Shown in pieces: positions 21,120-30,439 of a DNA stretch of 64,000 nt. A program made the position numbers and the translations under genes. The number at the start of each line of letters is the position of its first letter. The stretch's first letter is position 1. Origin of the DNA: an uncultured Gemmatimonadaceae bacterium (GTDB lineage Bacteria; Gemmatimonadota; Gemmatimonadetes; Gemmatimonadales; Gemmatimonadaceae); the NCBI GenBank assembly GCA_963761305.1, contig CAVXGK010000002.1, positions 1,472,001 to 1,536,000 of the forward strand, written 5' to 3'. The notes under the pieces were generated by a model. That model ran no database searches, was not told the origin of the DNA, and saw nothing but the letters and a program-made list of their open reading frames with translations.

Positions 21120-23235
21120 GGGCGCGGGCGTCTGCGCCGCGATCCTCGCGCCCACGCTGACGCACGCCCAGGACACGCTGGCGACGCCGCCGTATTCGCA
21201 CGCCGTCTCGACGTGGATCGCGCAGATCGCGTCGCCGGGATACGAACGGCTGGCGACCGACCACATTCTGAGCGCGACGACCGGCTGGGTCCGCGACGAC
21301 ACGGGCAATCTCGTCAAGCACGCGGGCTCGGGTGCCCCAAAGCGAGTCGTCGCCTGTGGCATCGACGAGACGGGATACGTCGTCAGCGACATCACTGACG
21401 ACGGCTACTTGAGAGTTCACGGCACCGGGAACGGCAAGCATCCCGAGCTCTGGGATCAATACCACGAAGGACAGCGCGTCATCGTCGTCGCGGTGGACCG
21501 GACGAACCCGCAGCGGTCACACAATGTGACCGGCGTGTTCGCGGTGCGCAGCAATCATCTGTGGCGCAAGCGAACCGCCGACGACGCCCCCACGTCCATC
21601 GAGAATCTGTGGTTGGACGTCGGCGCGCGCTCGCGAGCAGAGGTGGCGAAGATGGGCATCGACCGCCTCGACCCGGTCGTGCGCGATTGGCCGGAGTGGA
21701 CGTACAGCGATTTCGTCTCGGGGCCGGCGGCGTCGAACCGTGCGGGCTGCGCGGCCGTTGTCGCCGCGGCGACCAAGGAGCCCACGAGCGGCGAGACGGT
21801 CTTCATCGTCTCGGTGCAGAAGTCGTTCTCGTGGGCGGGACTCACATCGGCCCTGCGACGACTCGGCCGCGTCGACTCGCTGTTCATCGTCGACGGTGAG
21901 CTCGGCCGACTGCAATCGACGCCGCGCGAGGTGAAAACACCGTGGCCCCCGCTCGCGGGCTTGAACGTCGGCGCGACGCAGTCGATCGGCGTGCTCGCGC
22001 GATTCACCGGAACGCTGGCCGAGACGCTGCAGGAATCGGACATCCAGACGTTGTTCGCGTCGGTGGCGAAGGCGTCGGCTGTCGGAAACGATGCGCCGAG
22101 GCCGATCTCGGTACGTCACGCATGGGCCGCCGCGCCGCCGGTGATGGTGCAGGACTCGCTCTCGCGCTACGCCGAGGTGCTCGGCAAGCTCTCGGACATC
22201 TACGCGCCGTCGGGGTTCGAGCAGCCGATGCGCGATGCGATCCGATCGATGCTGCCGGCGTGGGCGCGCGATCTCGCGCACGTCGATTCCGCCGGCAATC
22301 TGGTACTGCCGATGGGACCGAACCGCGACACGACGGTCATCGTCGCGCACATGGACGAGATCAGCTTCGTGGTGACGGCCATCGCGCGCGATGGCACGCT
22401 CTCGCTCAAGCCCCGGGGCAGCCTCTTCCCGTTTCTATGGGAAGGACAACCGGCACTACTGCATCGCCCGACGGATCATCAAGCGCCTCGCGACGGGAAG
22501 CTCGGATGCGAAGCGTCGCGCGGTGGACCGATGCGCGGTGTGTTCGTGCCGCGCGACAGCTCACCGATGCGCGAGCCGCCCGCGCTCACGGCCTGGTTCG
22601 CGCGCGACTCGGTGGAGCTGGTGAACTCCGGCGTGCACGTCGGGCTCGCGTTGACCGGCTACAAGTGTTCGGCGCGGATCGGCGACGTGCGCATCACGGC
22701 GCGGTCGATCGACGACCGCGCCGGCGTGACGTCGTTGCTCCTCGCGCTCGACGAGATCGATCCAGCGAAGCTCGACCACAAGGTGATTTTCATGTGGTCG
22801 GTGCGCGAAGAAGGTGGCCTCGAGGGAGCGAAGGCCGCGGCCGCGATTTTGGGACCGTCGGTGCATCGCGTGCACGCGGTGGACACGTTCGTGTCGTCCG
22901 ATTCGCCGCTGGAGAGCCAGCGTTTCGCCGACGCGCCGATCGGACAGGGCGCGGTGATTCGCGCGCTCGACAATTCGAGCGCTACGCCGCCGGACGAGAT
23001 CGACCGCGTAGTTCGCATCGCGAAGGCGGCCGGCATCCCGCTTCAGGTCGGCGTGACCAACGGCGGCAACGACGGCTCGGAGTTCGCGCGCGTCGGCGCG
23101 ATCGACGTCGCGCTCGCCTGGCCACTGCGCTACAGCCATTCGCCGGCCGAAGTGATGGACCTGCGTGATTTGCGATCGTTGACGCGGATTGTGGCGGCTG
23201 TCGCCAAGGCGCCGACCACCAAGAGCATGCCGTAA
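21085..23235 (+). CDS. exported tandem M42-family peptidase (degenerate N-half, intact C-half)
   Basis: Signal-like N-terminus; C-half AHMDE, DDRAG, REE, RYSHS; N-half has the same layout with ligands lost. Confidence 0.8.
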   Translation: MPRTSSWRWLAEGAGVCAAILAPTLTHAQDTLATPPYSHAVSTWIAQIASPGYERLATDHILSATTGWVRDDTGNLVKHAGSGAPKRVVACGIDETGYVVSDITDDGYLRVHGTGNGKHPELWDQYHEGQRVIVVAVDRTNPQRSHNVTGVFAVRSNHLWRKRTADDAPTSIENLWLDVGARSRAEVAKMGIDRLDPVVRDWPEWTYSDFVSGPAASNRAGCAAVVAAATKEPTSGETVFIVSVQKSFSWAGLTSALRRLGRVDSLFIVDGELGRLQSTPREVKTPWPPLAGLNVGATQSIGVLARFTGTLAETLQESDIQTLFASVAKASAVGNDAPRPISVRHAWAAAPPVMVQDSLSRYAEVLGKLSDIYAPSGFEQPMRDAIRSMLPAWARDLAHVDSAGNLVLPMGPNRDTTVIVAHMDEISFVVTAIARDGTLSLKPRGSLFPFLWEGQPALLHRPTDHQAPRDGKLGCEASRGGPMRGVFVPRDSSPMREPPALTAWFARDSVELVNSGVHVGLALTGYKCSARIGDVRITARSIDDRAGVTSLLLALDEIDPAKLDHKVIFMWSVREEGGLEGAKAAAAILGPSVHRVHAVDTFVSSDSPLESQRFADAPIGQGAVIRALDNSSATPPDEIDRVVRIAKAAGIPLQVGVTNGGNDGSEFARVGAIDVALAWPLRYSHSPAEVMDLRDLRSLTRIVAAVAKAPTTKSMP

Positions 23236-23284
23236 GCGGGCCACGATTCTCCTGACAGGCCAGTGCCGGCTTCGAGCAAACGGG

Positions 23285-23324
23285 AACGCAGATGCCGCAG
23301 ATTGGAACAGCAATGCCGCGGATG
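23285..23324 (+). repeat. solo arm of the AACGCAGATGCCGCAGAT repeat
   Basis: aacgcagatgccgcagattggaacagcaatgccgcggatg resembles 10401-10440. Confidence 0.8.
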
Positions 23325-23378
23325 AGAATCAGGGTGCATTGAGTTTTGGCTGCTGGCCCGCGCTAGTTTCATCCGCCT

Positions 23379-24917
23379 ATGCCTCGCGCCCTCCTGTCCG
23401 TTTCCGATAAGACCGGCGTCGTCGACTTCGCCAAGGCGCTGGCGGAGCTCGGTTGGGAGCTCGTGTCCACCGGCGGCACGGCGAAGGCCCTGCGTGCGGC
23501 CGGGCTCACCGTGCGCGACGTGAGCGACGTGACGGGATTCCCGGAGATGATGGACGGGCGCGTGAAGACGCTCCACCCGGCCGTGCACGGTGCCCTGCTG
23601 GCGCGGCGAGACAATCCCGAGCACGTGAAGGCGCTGAGTGAACACGGGATCACTCCTATAGATCTCGTGGCGGTGAACCTCTATCCGTTTCGCGAGACCG
23701 TCGCGCGCAAGGACGCCACGCCCGAGGATGCGATCGAGAACATCGACATCGGCGGACCGAGTATGCTCCGGTCGGCGGCGAAGAACTTCGCGTCGGTCTG
23801 GGTGATCGCCGACGCGAACGACTATGGCCGCGTTCATTCCGCGCTCACGGCCGAGGACGACGATCTCGACCTGCGCCGTCTGCTCGCCGGAAAAGCGTAC
23901 GCGCACACGGCGGCGTACGACGCGGCGATCGCGTCGTGGTTCGCGCGCGAGCGCGGCGACAAGTTTCCGCCGGAGATCGTCGTGTCGTTCGAGCGCGCGC
24001 AGTCGCTGCGCTACGGCGAGAATCCGGGACAGGCGGCGGCGTTCTACGTCGAGCATGCCGGCGCGGGGCTCGGCGGATTGACACAGAAGGGCGGCAAGGA
24101 CCTTTCGTTCAACAATCTGTTGGACCTCGAGGGCGCGCTCCTGGCGATCGATCCGTTTTCGACCGAGACAGCGTGTGCGATCGTGAAGCACACGTCGCCG
24201 TGCGGGCTCGCCGTCGGCACGTCGGCGATCGACGCGTACAGGAAGGCGCTCGCCTGCGACCCCGTCTCGGCGTTCGGCTCGGTGATCGCATTCACGGTGC
24301 CCGTCGACGACGCGACCGCGAACGCCGTGGCGAGCCTCTTCGTCGAGTGCATCGTGGCGCCGGAGTTCAGCGCGGGGGCGATCGAGATCCTCGGCCGCAA
24401 GAAAAACCTGCGCGTCCTCGAAGGACGCACGGGGCTGACGAACTCCGACAACCATCTCGACTACAAGCGCGTGCGCGGTGGCGTTCTCGTGCAGGAGCGC
24501 GCTCCGGCGATCCTCGACGACACGGGATGGAGCGTCGTCAGCAATCGACAGCCGACGACGGAGGAGTACCGCGACCTGTTGTTCGCGTGGCGCGCCGTGG
24601 CGTCGGTGAAGTCGAACGCGATCGTGCTGGCGCGCGAAGGGGCGACGATCGGCATCGGCGCGGGACAGATGTCGCGCTTGGACGCGTCGTTCCTCGCGGC
24701 GCACAAAGCCGCTCTCGCCGGCCACGTGACAGCAGGATCGGTGCTCGGCTCCGACGCGTACTTTCCGTTCCGCGACGGCATCGACCAGGCGGCCGAAGCG
24801 GGCGTCCGCGCCATCGTGCAGCCGGGCGGATCGGTGCGCGACCCGGAAGTGATCGCCGCCGCCAACGAGCACGACATGACCATGTTGTTCACCGGCAAGC
24901 GGCTGTTCCGCCACTGA
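23379..24917 (+). CDS. purH: bifunctional AICAR formyltransferase/IMP cyclohydrolase
   Basis: ALLSVSDKTG, GRVKTLHP, IDIGGP, LRYGENP, QPGGS, RLFRH. Confidence 0.97.
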   Translation: MPRALLSVSDKTGVVDFAKALAELGWELVSTGGTAKALRAAGLTVRDVSDVTGFPEMMDGRVKTLHPAVHGALLARRDNPEHVKALSEHGITPIDLVAVNLYPFRETVARKDATPEDAIENIDIGGPSMLRSAAKNFASVWVIADANDYGRVHSALTAEDDDLDLRRLLAGKAYAHTAAYDAAIASWFARERGDKFPPEIVVSFERAQSLRYGENPGQAAAFYVEHAGAGLGGLTQKGGKDLSFNNLLDLEGALLAIDPFSTETACAIVKHTSPCGLAVGTSAIDAYRKALACDPVSAFGSVIAFTVPVDDATANAVASLFVECIVAPEFSAGAIEILGRKKNLRVLEGRTGLTNSDNHLDYKRVRGGVLVQERAPAILDDTGWSVVSNRQPTTEEYRDLLFAWRAVASVKSNAIVLAREGATIGIGAGQMSRLDASFLAAHKAALAGHVTAGSVLGSDAYFPFRDGIDQAAEAGVRAIVQPGGSVRDPEVIAAANEHDMTMLFTGKRLFRH

Positions 24918-24957
24918 GATCCGTCGTGCGCCACAGGCAAGACGCCGCGCTCACGCG

Positions 24958-25953
24958 ATGACGAGGAAACGGCGCGTCGGCGTCATCGGCTCGATCGTCT
25001 GGGACGTCATCTACGGACGCGAGGGGCGATCGTCGCCTGTCGAGGAGTGGGGCGGCATCAGCTACGCGCTCGGCGGGATGGATGCCGCGCTCGATGACGA
25101 GTGGGAGATCGTGCCGATCATCAAGGTTGGCGAGGACCTCGCGCCCGCGGCCGCGCAGTTCATGGGCGGGCTGCGCCACGTCGCCGCCGACGCGCGCCCG
25201 ATCGCGGTGCCCTACCCAAACAACCGGGTCGAGCTGCGGTATTTCGACGACGAGCGCCGCAGCGAAGTGATGAAGGGCGGCGTGCCGGCGTGGACGTGGC
25301 TCGGATTGCGGCCGGTGCTCGAGGCGGCGAAGCTCGACGCGCTCTACGTCAATTTCCTGAGCGGGTGGGAGCTGGATCTCGAGACGACGATCCTCCTCCG
25401 GCAGTACTTCACGGGGCCGGTCTACTGCGACCTCCACATGCTGGCGTGGGCGGTGCAGCCCGACGGGCTTCGCACCCTTCGGCCGATCTCGAACGTGCGC
25501 GAGTGGTGCGCGTGCTTCGACGTGCTCCAGGTGAACGAGGACGAGATGCGGATGCTCGCGCCGGACCCGATGGCGCTGGCGGCGACGGCGCTCCACGCCG
25601 GCGTGCGCTGTCTCGTCGTGACGTTGGCCAAGCGCGGCGCGGTGTACTTCGCGGCGTCGGACTTCGAGCGGCTCACGCTCGCGCATCCTGACGGCGCCCG
25701 CCCGTTCGAGTCGATCGCCGCCGACGTCGGCCCGGTCCGCACGTCGCTCGTGCCGGCGGATCACGTCGTGGACGGCGGCGACCCGACCGGATGCGGCGAC
25801 GTGTGGGGCGCGACCTATTTCTCGCGACTGCTCGCCGGTGATAACTTTGGCGACGCCATCCTCGCCGCGCATCGCGCCGCGGCTCGCAACGTCGGGCACC
25901 GCGGAGCCTCCGGGCTCTCCGACTTTCTCCGGGGAACGATCAGCCTCACGTGA
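24958..25953 (+). CDS. PfkB/ribokinase-family carbohydrate kinase
   Basis: GSIVWD, QVNEDE, DPTGCGD. Confidence 0.85.
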   Translation: MTRKRRVGVIGSIVWDVIYGREGRSSPVEEWGGISYALGGMDAALDDEWEIVPIIKVGEDLAPAAAQFMGGLRHVAADARPIAVPYPNNRVELRYFDDERRSEVMKGGVPAWTWLGLRPVLEAAKLDALYVNFLSGWELDLETTILLRQYFTGPVYCDLHMLAWAVQPDGLRTLRPISNVREWCACFDVLQVNEDEMRMLAPDPMALAATALHAGVRCLVVTLAKRGAVYFAASDFERLTLAHPDGARPFESIAADVGPVRTSLVPADHVVDGGDPTGCGDVWGATYFSRLLAGDNFGDAILAAHRAAARNVGHRGASGLSDFLRGTISLT

Positions 25954-26849
25954 CTCACGTCATCACTGTTCCACCGTCGCTCGACGAGCACTCCTTCGAA
26001 CAAGTGCTGGAACAGTTGGCTCCGATTCCCGTGGACGCGAAGCTCCTCGTCGACGCGCGACACGTCCGCTGGGCGTCGCCGTACGGACTCACCGCCCTGC
26101 TCACGCTCGCCCAGACCCGTGCCGAACGACCGGCGCTCGCCGTTCCCGAGTTCGAGGAAACGGCGTCGTATTGGCGGCGAGCGTCGTTCTTCCACTACGC
26201 GGAAAGCCTCTACGAGCTGCGCGGGACGTATCCCAAGCGAAAGGAGACGGGCGAATCGAGCGTCCTTCTCGAGATCACGCCCATCGCCGGCAGCGACGAC
26301 GTGCACGGCGTCGTCGGCCAGGTCCAGGCGGGAGCGCAGCGGATTCTCCAGAACGAGCTGCACCTCGAGCCCAAGGCGATCCTTGGCTTCACGATGACGC
26401 TGTCCGAGGTTTGCCAGAACATCATCGAACACGCGGGACAAGGCGGGTGGGTCGCGGTGCAGAGTTACCGGTGGACCAAGCGCCTCGGCAGGCGCGTCGT
26501 CGTGATCGCCGTGTGCGACGCGGGCCTCGGATTCCGGCGTTCATTGGAAAGCGCGCCGGGACATGTACCGACCACCCGCTGGGACGACGCGGCGGCGCTC
26601 GAGGAGGCCGTGATTCGCGGCGTGAGCCGGTTCCGCGAGCGCGGACGCGGGCACGGGCTCGCCGGCGCGCGCAACTACGTCGGGCGGTGGCACGGCAAGC
26701 TCTCGGTCCGCAGCGGCACGGCGCGAATCGCCATCGTCCCCGATTGGGACGACGACGTTCCGCTCGCCGAAGGCCTTCCCCAGTTCCCTGGCGCGCAAGT
26801 TCAGGTAATCATTCCTGAGGCCATCGACGGAGGATCGACGGAACGATGA
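25950..26849 (+). CDS. STAS-like domain + GHKL (HATPase) ATP-binding protein
   Basis: N-terminal LLVDARHVRWASPYGL; N-box EVCQNIIEHA, G1 DAGLG, G2 GRGHGL. Confidence 0.75.
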   Translation: MTHVITVPPSLDEHSFEQVLEQLAPIPVDAKLLVDARHVRWASPYGLTALLTLAQTRAERPALAVPEFEETASYWRRASFFHYAESLYELRGTYPKRKETGESSVLLEITPIAGSDDVHGVVGQVQAGAQRILQNELHLEPKAILGFTMTLSEVCQNIIEHAGQGGWVAVQSYRWTKRLGRRVVVIAVCDAGLGFRRSLESAPGHVPTTRWDDAAALEEAVIRGVSRFRERGRGHGLAGARNYVGRWHGKLSVRSGTARIAIVPDWDDDVPLAEGLPQFPGAQVQVIIPEAIDGGSTER

Positions 26850-27415
26850 TGCATCACATCGATCTGAGCAGCGTGCTTCGACAGACGCTGGCGTGCGACC
26901 TCTACTCGAATCTCGTCACGCGCCCCACCGGCGCCGCGGTTCGCACACAGATCGAGCTGCTGCTCGGCGACCCGACCGATACCGCCGACGCGCGCGCGTT
27001 CACGATCATCGATTTCTCCCAGGTGTCGATGATCGACTTCTCGTGCGCGGACGAAGTCGTCGCCAAGCTTCTCATGCGCTATTCGTCGGCCGACGCGCCG
27101 CGCGACGCATACTTCCTTTTCCGCGGCGTGAACGACGACCATTGGGTCGCGATCGGAGCGGCGCTCGAACGACACGGACTCGCGCTCGCCGTGGAGAACG
27201 CGGACGGCGTTCGCATTGCCGGCGTTGTGAGCGAGGACGAGCGCAGCACATGGGAAGCCGTCTACAAGCTCGGCACCGCCAACGCCTACGACGTCGCGAT
27301 CGCGACGGGCGGCGACACGTCACACGTGCGCGGCACGCTCGACTCGCTCTGCGGACGCCGGCTCGTGATGCGCGCCAACGACGAATACGTCGCCGTCGGC
27401 CACTTTCAAGCGTGA
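26846..27415 (+). CDS. STAS-like domain + probable C-terminal winged HTH
   Basis: NLVTRPTGAAVR, IDFSQVSMIDFSCADEVV; C-terminal AYDVAIATG..VRGTLDSL..RRLV. Confidence 0.65.
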   Translation: MMHHIDLSSVLRQTLACDLYSNLVTRPTGAAVRTQIELLLGDPTDTADARAFTIIDFSQVSMIDFSCADEVVAKLLMRYSSADAPRDAYFLFRGVNDDHWVAIGAALERHGLALAVENADGVRIAGVVSEDERSTWEAVYKLGTANAYDVAIATGGDTSHVRGTLDSLCGRRLVMRANDEYVAVGHFQA

Positions 27416-27419
27416 CGCC

Positions 27420-27731
27420 GTGAACAGCGAGACGCTCGACGGGCCGCTCAGAGTCGCGCGGCTCGATGCGACGAAAAAGGGCGATACCGATCGCGGTCCG
27501 ATGGTGACGTTGAACCCGGGCGACGCGCGCGTTCGCCTCCTCACCGCCGGCGAGCTCGCTTGGGTGTACGGCCCTCGCCGCGGCGAGCTGGCGACGGTGC
27601 GGATCGACGCGTCGCTGCGCGCCGGCGACGTCGTGCTCCGCGATGTCGGAGGCGCCTCGCCGTCGGAGATCGTGAGAGTCGTGAAGCCAGACCTCGACAA
27701 CCGTGGACGGAGAAACACCGCCCTTGCCTGA
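27420..27731 (+). CDS. stand-alone molybdopterin-dinucleotide-binding-like (double-psi barrel) small protein
   Basis: VTLNPGDA..LL..GELAWV.GPR..LATVRIDASLRAGDV pattern. Confidence 0.55.
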   Translation: MNSETLDGPLRVARLDATKKGDTDRGPMVTLNPGDARVRLLTAGELAWVYGPRRGELATVRIDASLRAGDVVLRDVGGASPSEIVRVVKPDLDNRGRRNTALA

Positions 27732-28917
27732 TCATTCGCACGCGGGCGGCCGGCTCTCCGGGCCCAGTCGCGTTTCGCCATTCGACATCGGCACGCTCGC
27801 CGTGCACGCCGGAACCGTGACGCGCGAGACCGACACGCCCGTCGTGCATCCGCTGTTCCAGTCGGTGAACTTCAATCAGCAGGTCGGCACGGGCGACAAC
27901 CTCCGCTATCCACGGTACGGCAACTCGCCGAACGCCGAGGTCGTGCAGGAGCGTGTCGCGGCGCTCGAGGGCTCGGAAGCGGCGGTGCTGCTCGCCAGCG
28001 GCATGGGCGCGGTCGCCTGCGGCCTGCTCGCCCTGCTCCGCCCCGGCGACCATCTGCTCGCCAGCTCGGCGATTTACGGAGGCGTGACGCGCCTGCTGTC
28101 GTCCGAGTTCACGTCGTTCGGAATCGACGTCACGCTCGTCGACCCGATGGAAACCCGCGTCTGGCGGAAGCGTCTGCGCAAGACGACGCGCGCCATCTTC
28201 CTCGAGACGCCGGTGAATCCGACGTGCCGCGTTCTCGATCTGAGGCCGGTCAGCTACGTCACGAAGGAATTGGGCATCGCGCTCGTCGTCGACTCGACGT
28301 TCGCCAGCCCGGTGAACCTGCGCCCGATCGAGCATGGCGCGGACGTCGTCATCCACTCCGCCACCAAGTACCTCAACGGCCACCACGACGTGCTGGCCGG
28401 GATCGTGTGCGGCACGGCGCCGTACATCGAGGAAGTCCGCCAGAAGATGATGGTGTGGGGCCAGGCGCCCGACCCATTTGCGGCCTGGCTTCTCGAGCGC
28501 GGGCTCAAGACGCTCGACGTTCGCGTCACGCGCCAGAACGAGAACGCCCTTCGGATCGCCGAGTGGTGCTCCACGAATTCGGCCATCGGCAAAGTCCACT
28601 ACTCGGGGCTGCCGGATCACCCGGATCACGACGTGGCCAAGGCGTTGATGAGCGGGTTTGGCGGGATGATGGCCATCGAGCTGGCCGGGGGAGCCGACGC
28701 CGCCACCCGATTCCTCGAGCGGATCAAGGTGTTCCGGCACGCGCCGAGCCTGGGCGGCGTGGATTCGGTCATCTCCGAGCCACGATTCACGTCGCACGCG
28801 CATCTGTCGTCTGCCGAGCGGGCGAAGGCCGGGATTCCGGACGGCTTTCTCCGCCTGAGCATCGGGATCGAGACGGCCAAGGACCTCATCGGGGACATCG
28901 AGCAGGCGCTGCGGTAG
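27703..28917 (+). CDS. PLP-dependent trans-sulfuration enzyme (cystathionine gamma-synthase/lyase family)
   Basis: YPRYGNSP, ASGMGA, ETPVNP, VDSTFASP, HSATKYLNGH, SLGGV, RLSIGIE; start may lie slightly downstream. Confidence 0.9.
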   Translation: MDGETPPLPDHSHAGGRLSGPSRVSPFDIGTLAVHAGTVTRETDTPVVHPLFQSVNFNQQVGTGDNLRYPRYGNSPNAEVVQERVAALEGSEAAVLLASGMGAVACGLLALLRPGDHLLASSAIYGGVTRLLSSEFTSFGIDVTLVDPMETRVWRKRLRKTTRAIFLETPVNPTCRVLDLRPVSYVTKELGIALVVDSTFASPVNLRPIEHGADVVIHSATKYLNGHHDVLAGIVCGTAPYIEEVRQKMMVWGQAPDPFAAWLLERGLKTLDVRVTRQNENALRIAEWCSTNSAIGKVHYSGLPDHPDHDVAKALMSGFGGMMAIELAGGADAATRFLERIKVFRHAPSLGGVDSVISEPRFTSHAHLSSAERAKAGIPDGFLRLSIGIETAKDLIGDIEQALR

Positions 28918-29185
28918 GCGGTGGACGGGACTGGTAATGGGCTTCGTGGCGCCGCGCGAGGCGACTGCGGCGGGCAACAAAGGGGCTGAGTCGCGACGCG
29001 TGGTGAGAGAATCCGGCGACAGGTCGGCGGTGACGAGCGTCGAGACGCTGGATCCCGCCGCGCCGCCCGTTCCGCCGGCCCGCGCGACGAGTGGGCGCGA
29101 GGTGCTCATCTTGGTGCCCTCATGAGCGCGAACAAGTCCGGGACCTGACGGAGCTGCGCTGCGAGGACCGCGCGGTTAGTCGCAC

Positions 29186-29503
29186 GTGGTCGAGCTCGAG
29201 CACATTGCGGAGGAGGCGATCCTCGGCCGGCTCGACGGCGCGACGCGCTTGGACGTGGTCTGGCTGATGGCGCGGCAGCTGAACATCGACGCGATGTCGT
29301 CGAGAATCGCGCGGTATGCCGACCGGTTGAGCGCGCCGAATAGATCGCCGTTCCAGTCGAGGGAGGGTTGCCCTTGGCTGAGGGTGATGAGGAGTGGGGA
29401 ATGCGAAGGTTTCCTCGAGTTCCTTCCTGCGGAGCGCGAGAAGCGGCGACCGACGCGACGGGCGTTGGGCGCTGAGCGACGGAGCGGATCGCCGTGCGAG
29501 TAG
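29186..29503 (+). CDS. possible short hypothetical protein or gene remnant
   Basis: High GC3 over the first ~50 codons; no motif recognised. Confidence 0.25.
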   Translation: MVELEHIAEEAILGRLDGATRLDVVWLMARQLNIDAMSSRIARYADRLSAPNRSPFQSREGCPWLRVMRSGECEGFLEFLPAEREKRRPTRRALGAERRSGSPCE

Positions 29504-29599
29504 CTCGAGCGTTGGTGCCGAAGCGCGCGATGGAGTCAGCACGCGGTACGAGGGACGGCGCGTGTCGTTTCGCGCGCGTACTGCCGTCGGTCGGTGCCA

Positions 29600-29788
29600 T
29601 ACTTCGATCCGGTGCCGGCGTACTTGGATCTGGTGCCGGCGTACTTCGATCCGGTGCTGGCGTATCTCGGTCCGGTGCTGGCGTATTTCGATCCGGTGCT
29701 GGCGTACTTCGATCCGGTGCTGGCGTACTTCGATCCGTTGCTGGCGTACTTCGATCCGTTGCTGGCACTCCTCGATCCGTTCCGATGG
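29600..29788 (+). repeat. 21-bp tandem repeat, 8 copies plus one degenerate (TACTTCGATCCGGTGCTGGCG)
   Basis: Units start at 29600, 29621, 29642, 29663, 29684, 29705, 29726, 29747 and 29768. Confidence 0.93.
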
Positions 29789-30303
29789 TGCTGAGGCACG
29801 TTGTCGTGTCGCGTCGGTGTGTTGCGACCGTGACGCGATCGGCGGCGATGTGGGCGCGATGCGGGGCGCTCGCGACGCGTGGCGACGTCGGATGAACACT
29901 TGCGATTCGGCTCAGACCGCGGCGCGAGGCGCAGGCAATTGTGGGGATCGAGAGTCTGGCGCGATGGATCGTCGTCGTGAAGCCGCGTTCCGGCGGTCTT
30001 GGAACGAGGCGCGGCCGACTGACGGTGCGGCGAGCCCTTGGTTCGTGACGGTGTTGTCGATGTGCGGCGGTCACTTCGCGTTGGAGTGACTGATGTCGCG
30101 ACCGGACCGGTGTCGGCGACGAACGAAATGACGAGCAGGGCGATCGTGACGGCGTGCATGGCGATGGATTGGGGAATGGCGGAGGATGCACCGGGTACTC
30201 GGCGATCACGGGTAACCGATGCGAGGCTCTCTATAGGTGAATCGCTACGAGGCCGGTTTTGCTATGCGGTGTCCGCTTGGGTGGACATCAGCGCCAGTCG
30301 TGT

Positions 30304-30359
30304 GGCGGATCGGCGGATCGGCGGATCGGCGGATCGGTGGACCGGTGGACCGGTGGAAC
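30304..30359 (+). repeat. 8-bp tandem repeat: (GGCGGATC)x4 then (GGTGGAMC)x3
   Basis: Read directly; upstream of ftsE. Confidence 0.9.
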
Positions 30360-30439
30360 AACGACTAGCGAAACGCTGCGGTCCGATCGGCAACGGGACG
30401 GTGACGCTGGAAACAACCATGCGTCAAATGGTTGACCCC

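Noticed and set aside
28937..29180. UGA read-through selenoprotein (prompted by selA)
   Set aside because: The frame meets TAG soon after, with no redox motif or recognisable SECIS.
29600..29788. 21-bp array as CRISPR
   Set aside because: No spacers; contiguous tandem units.
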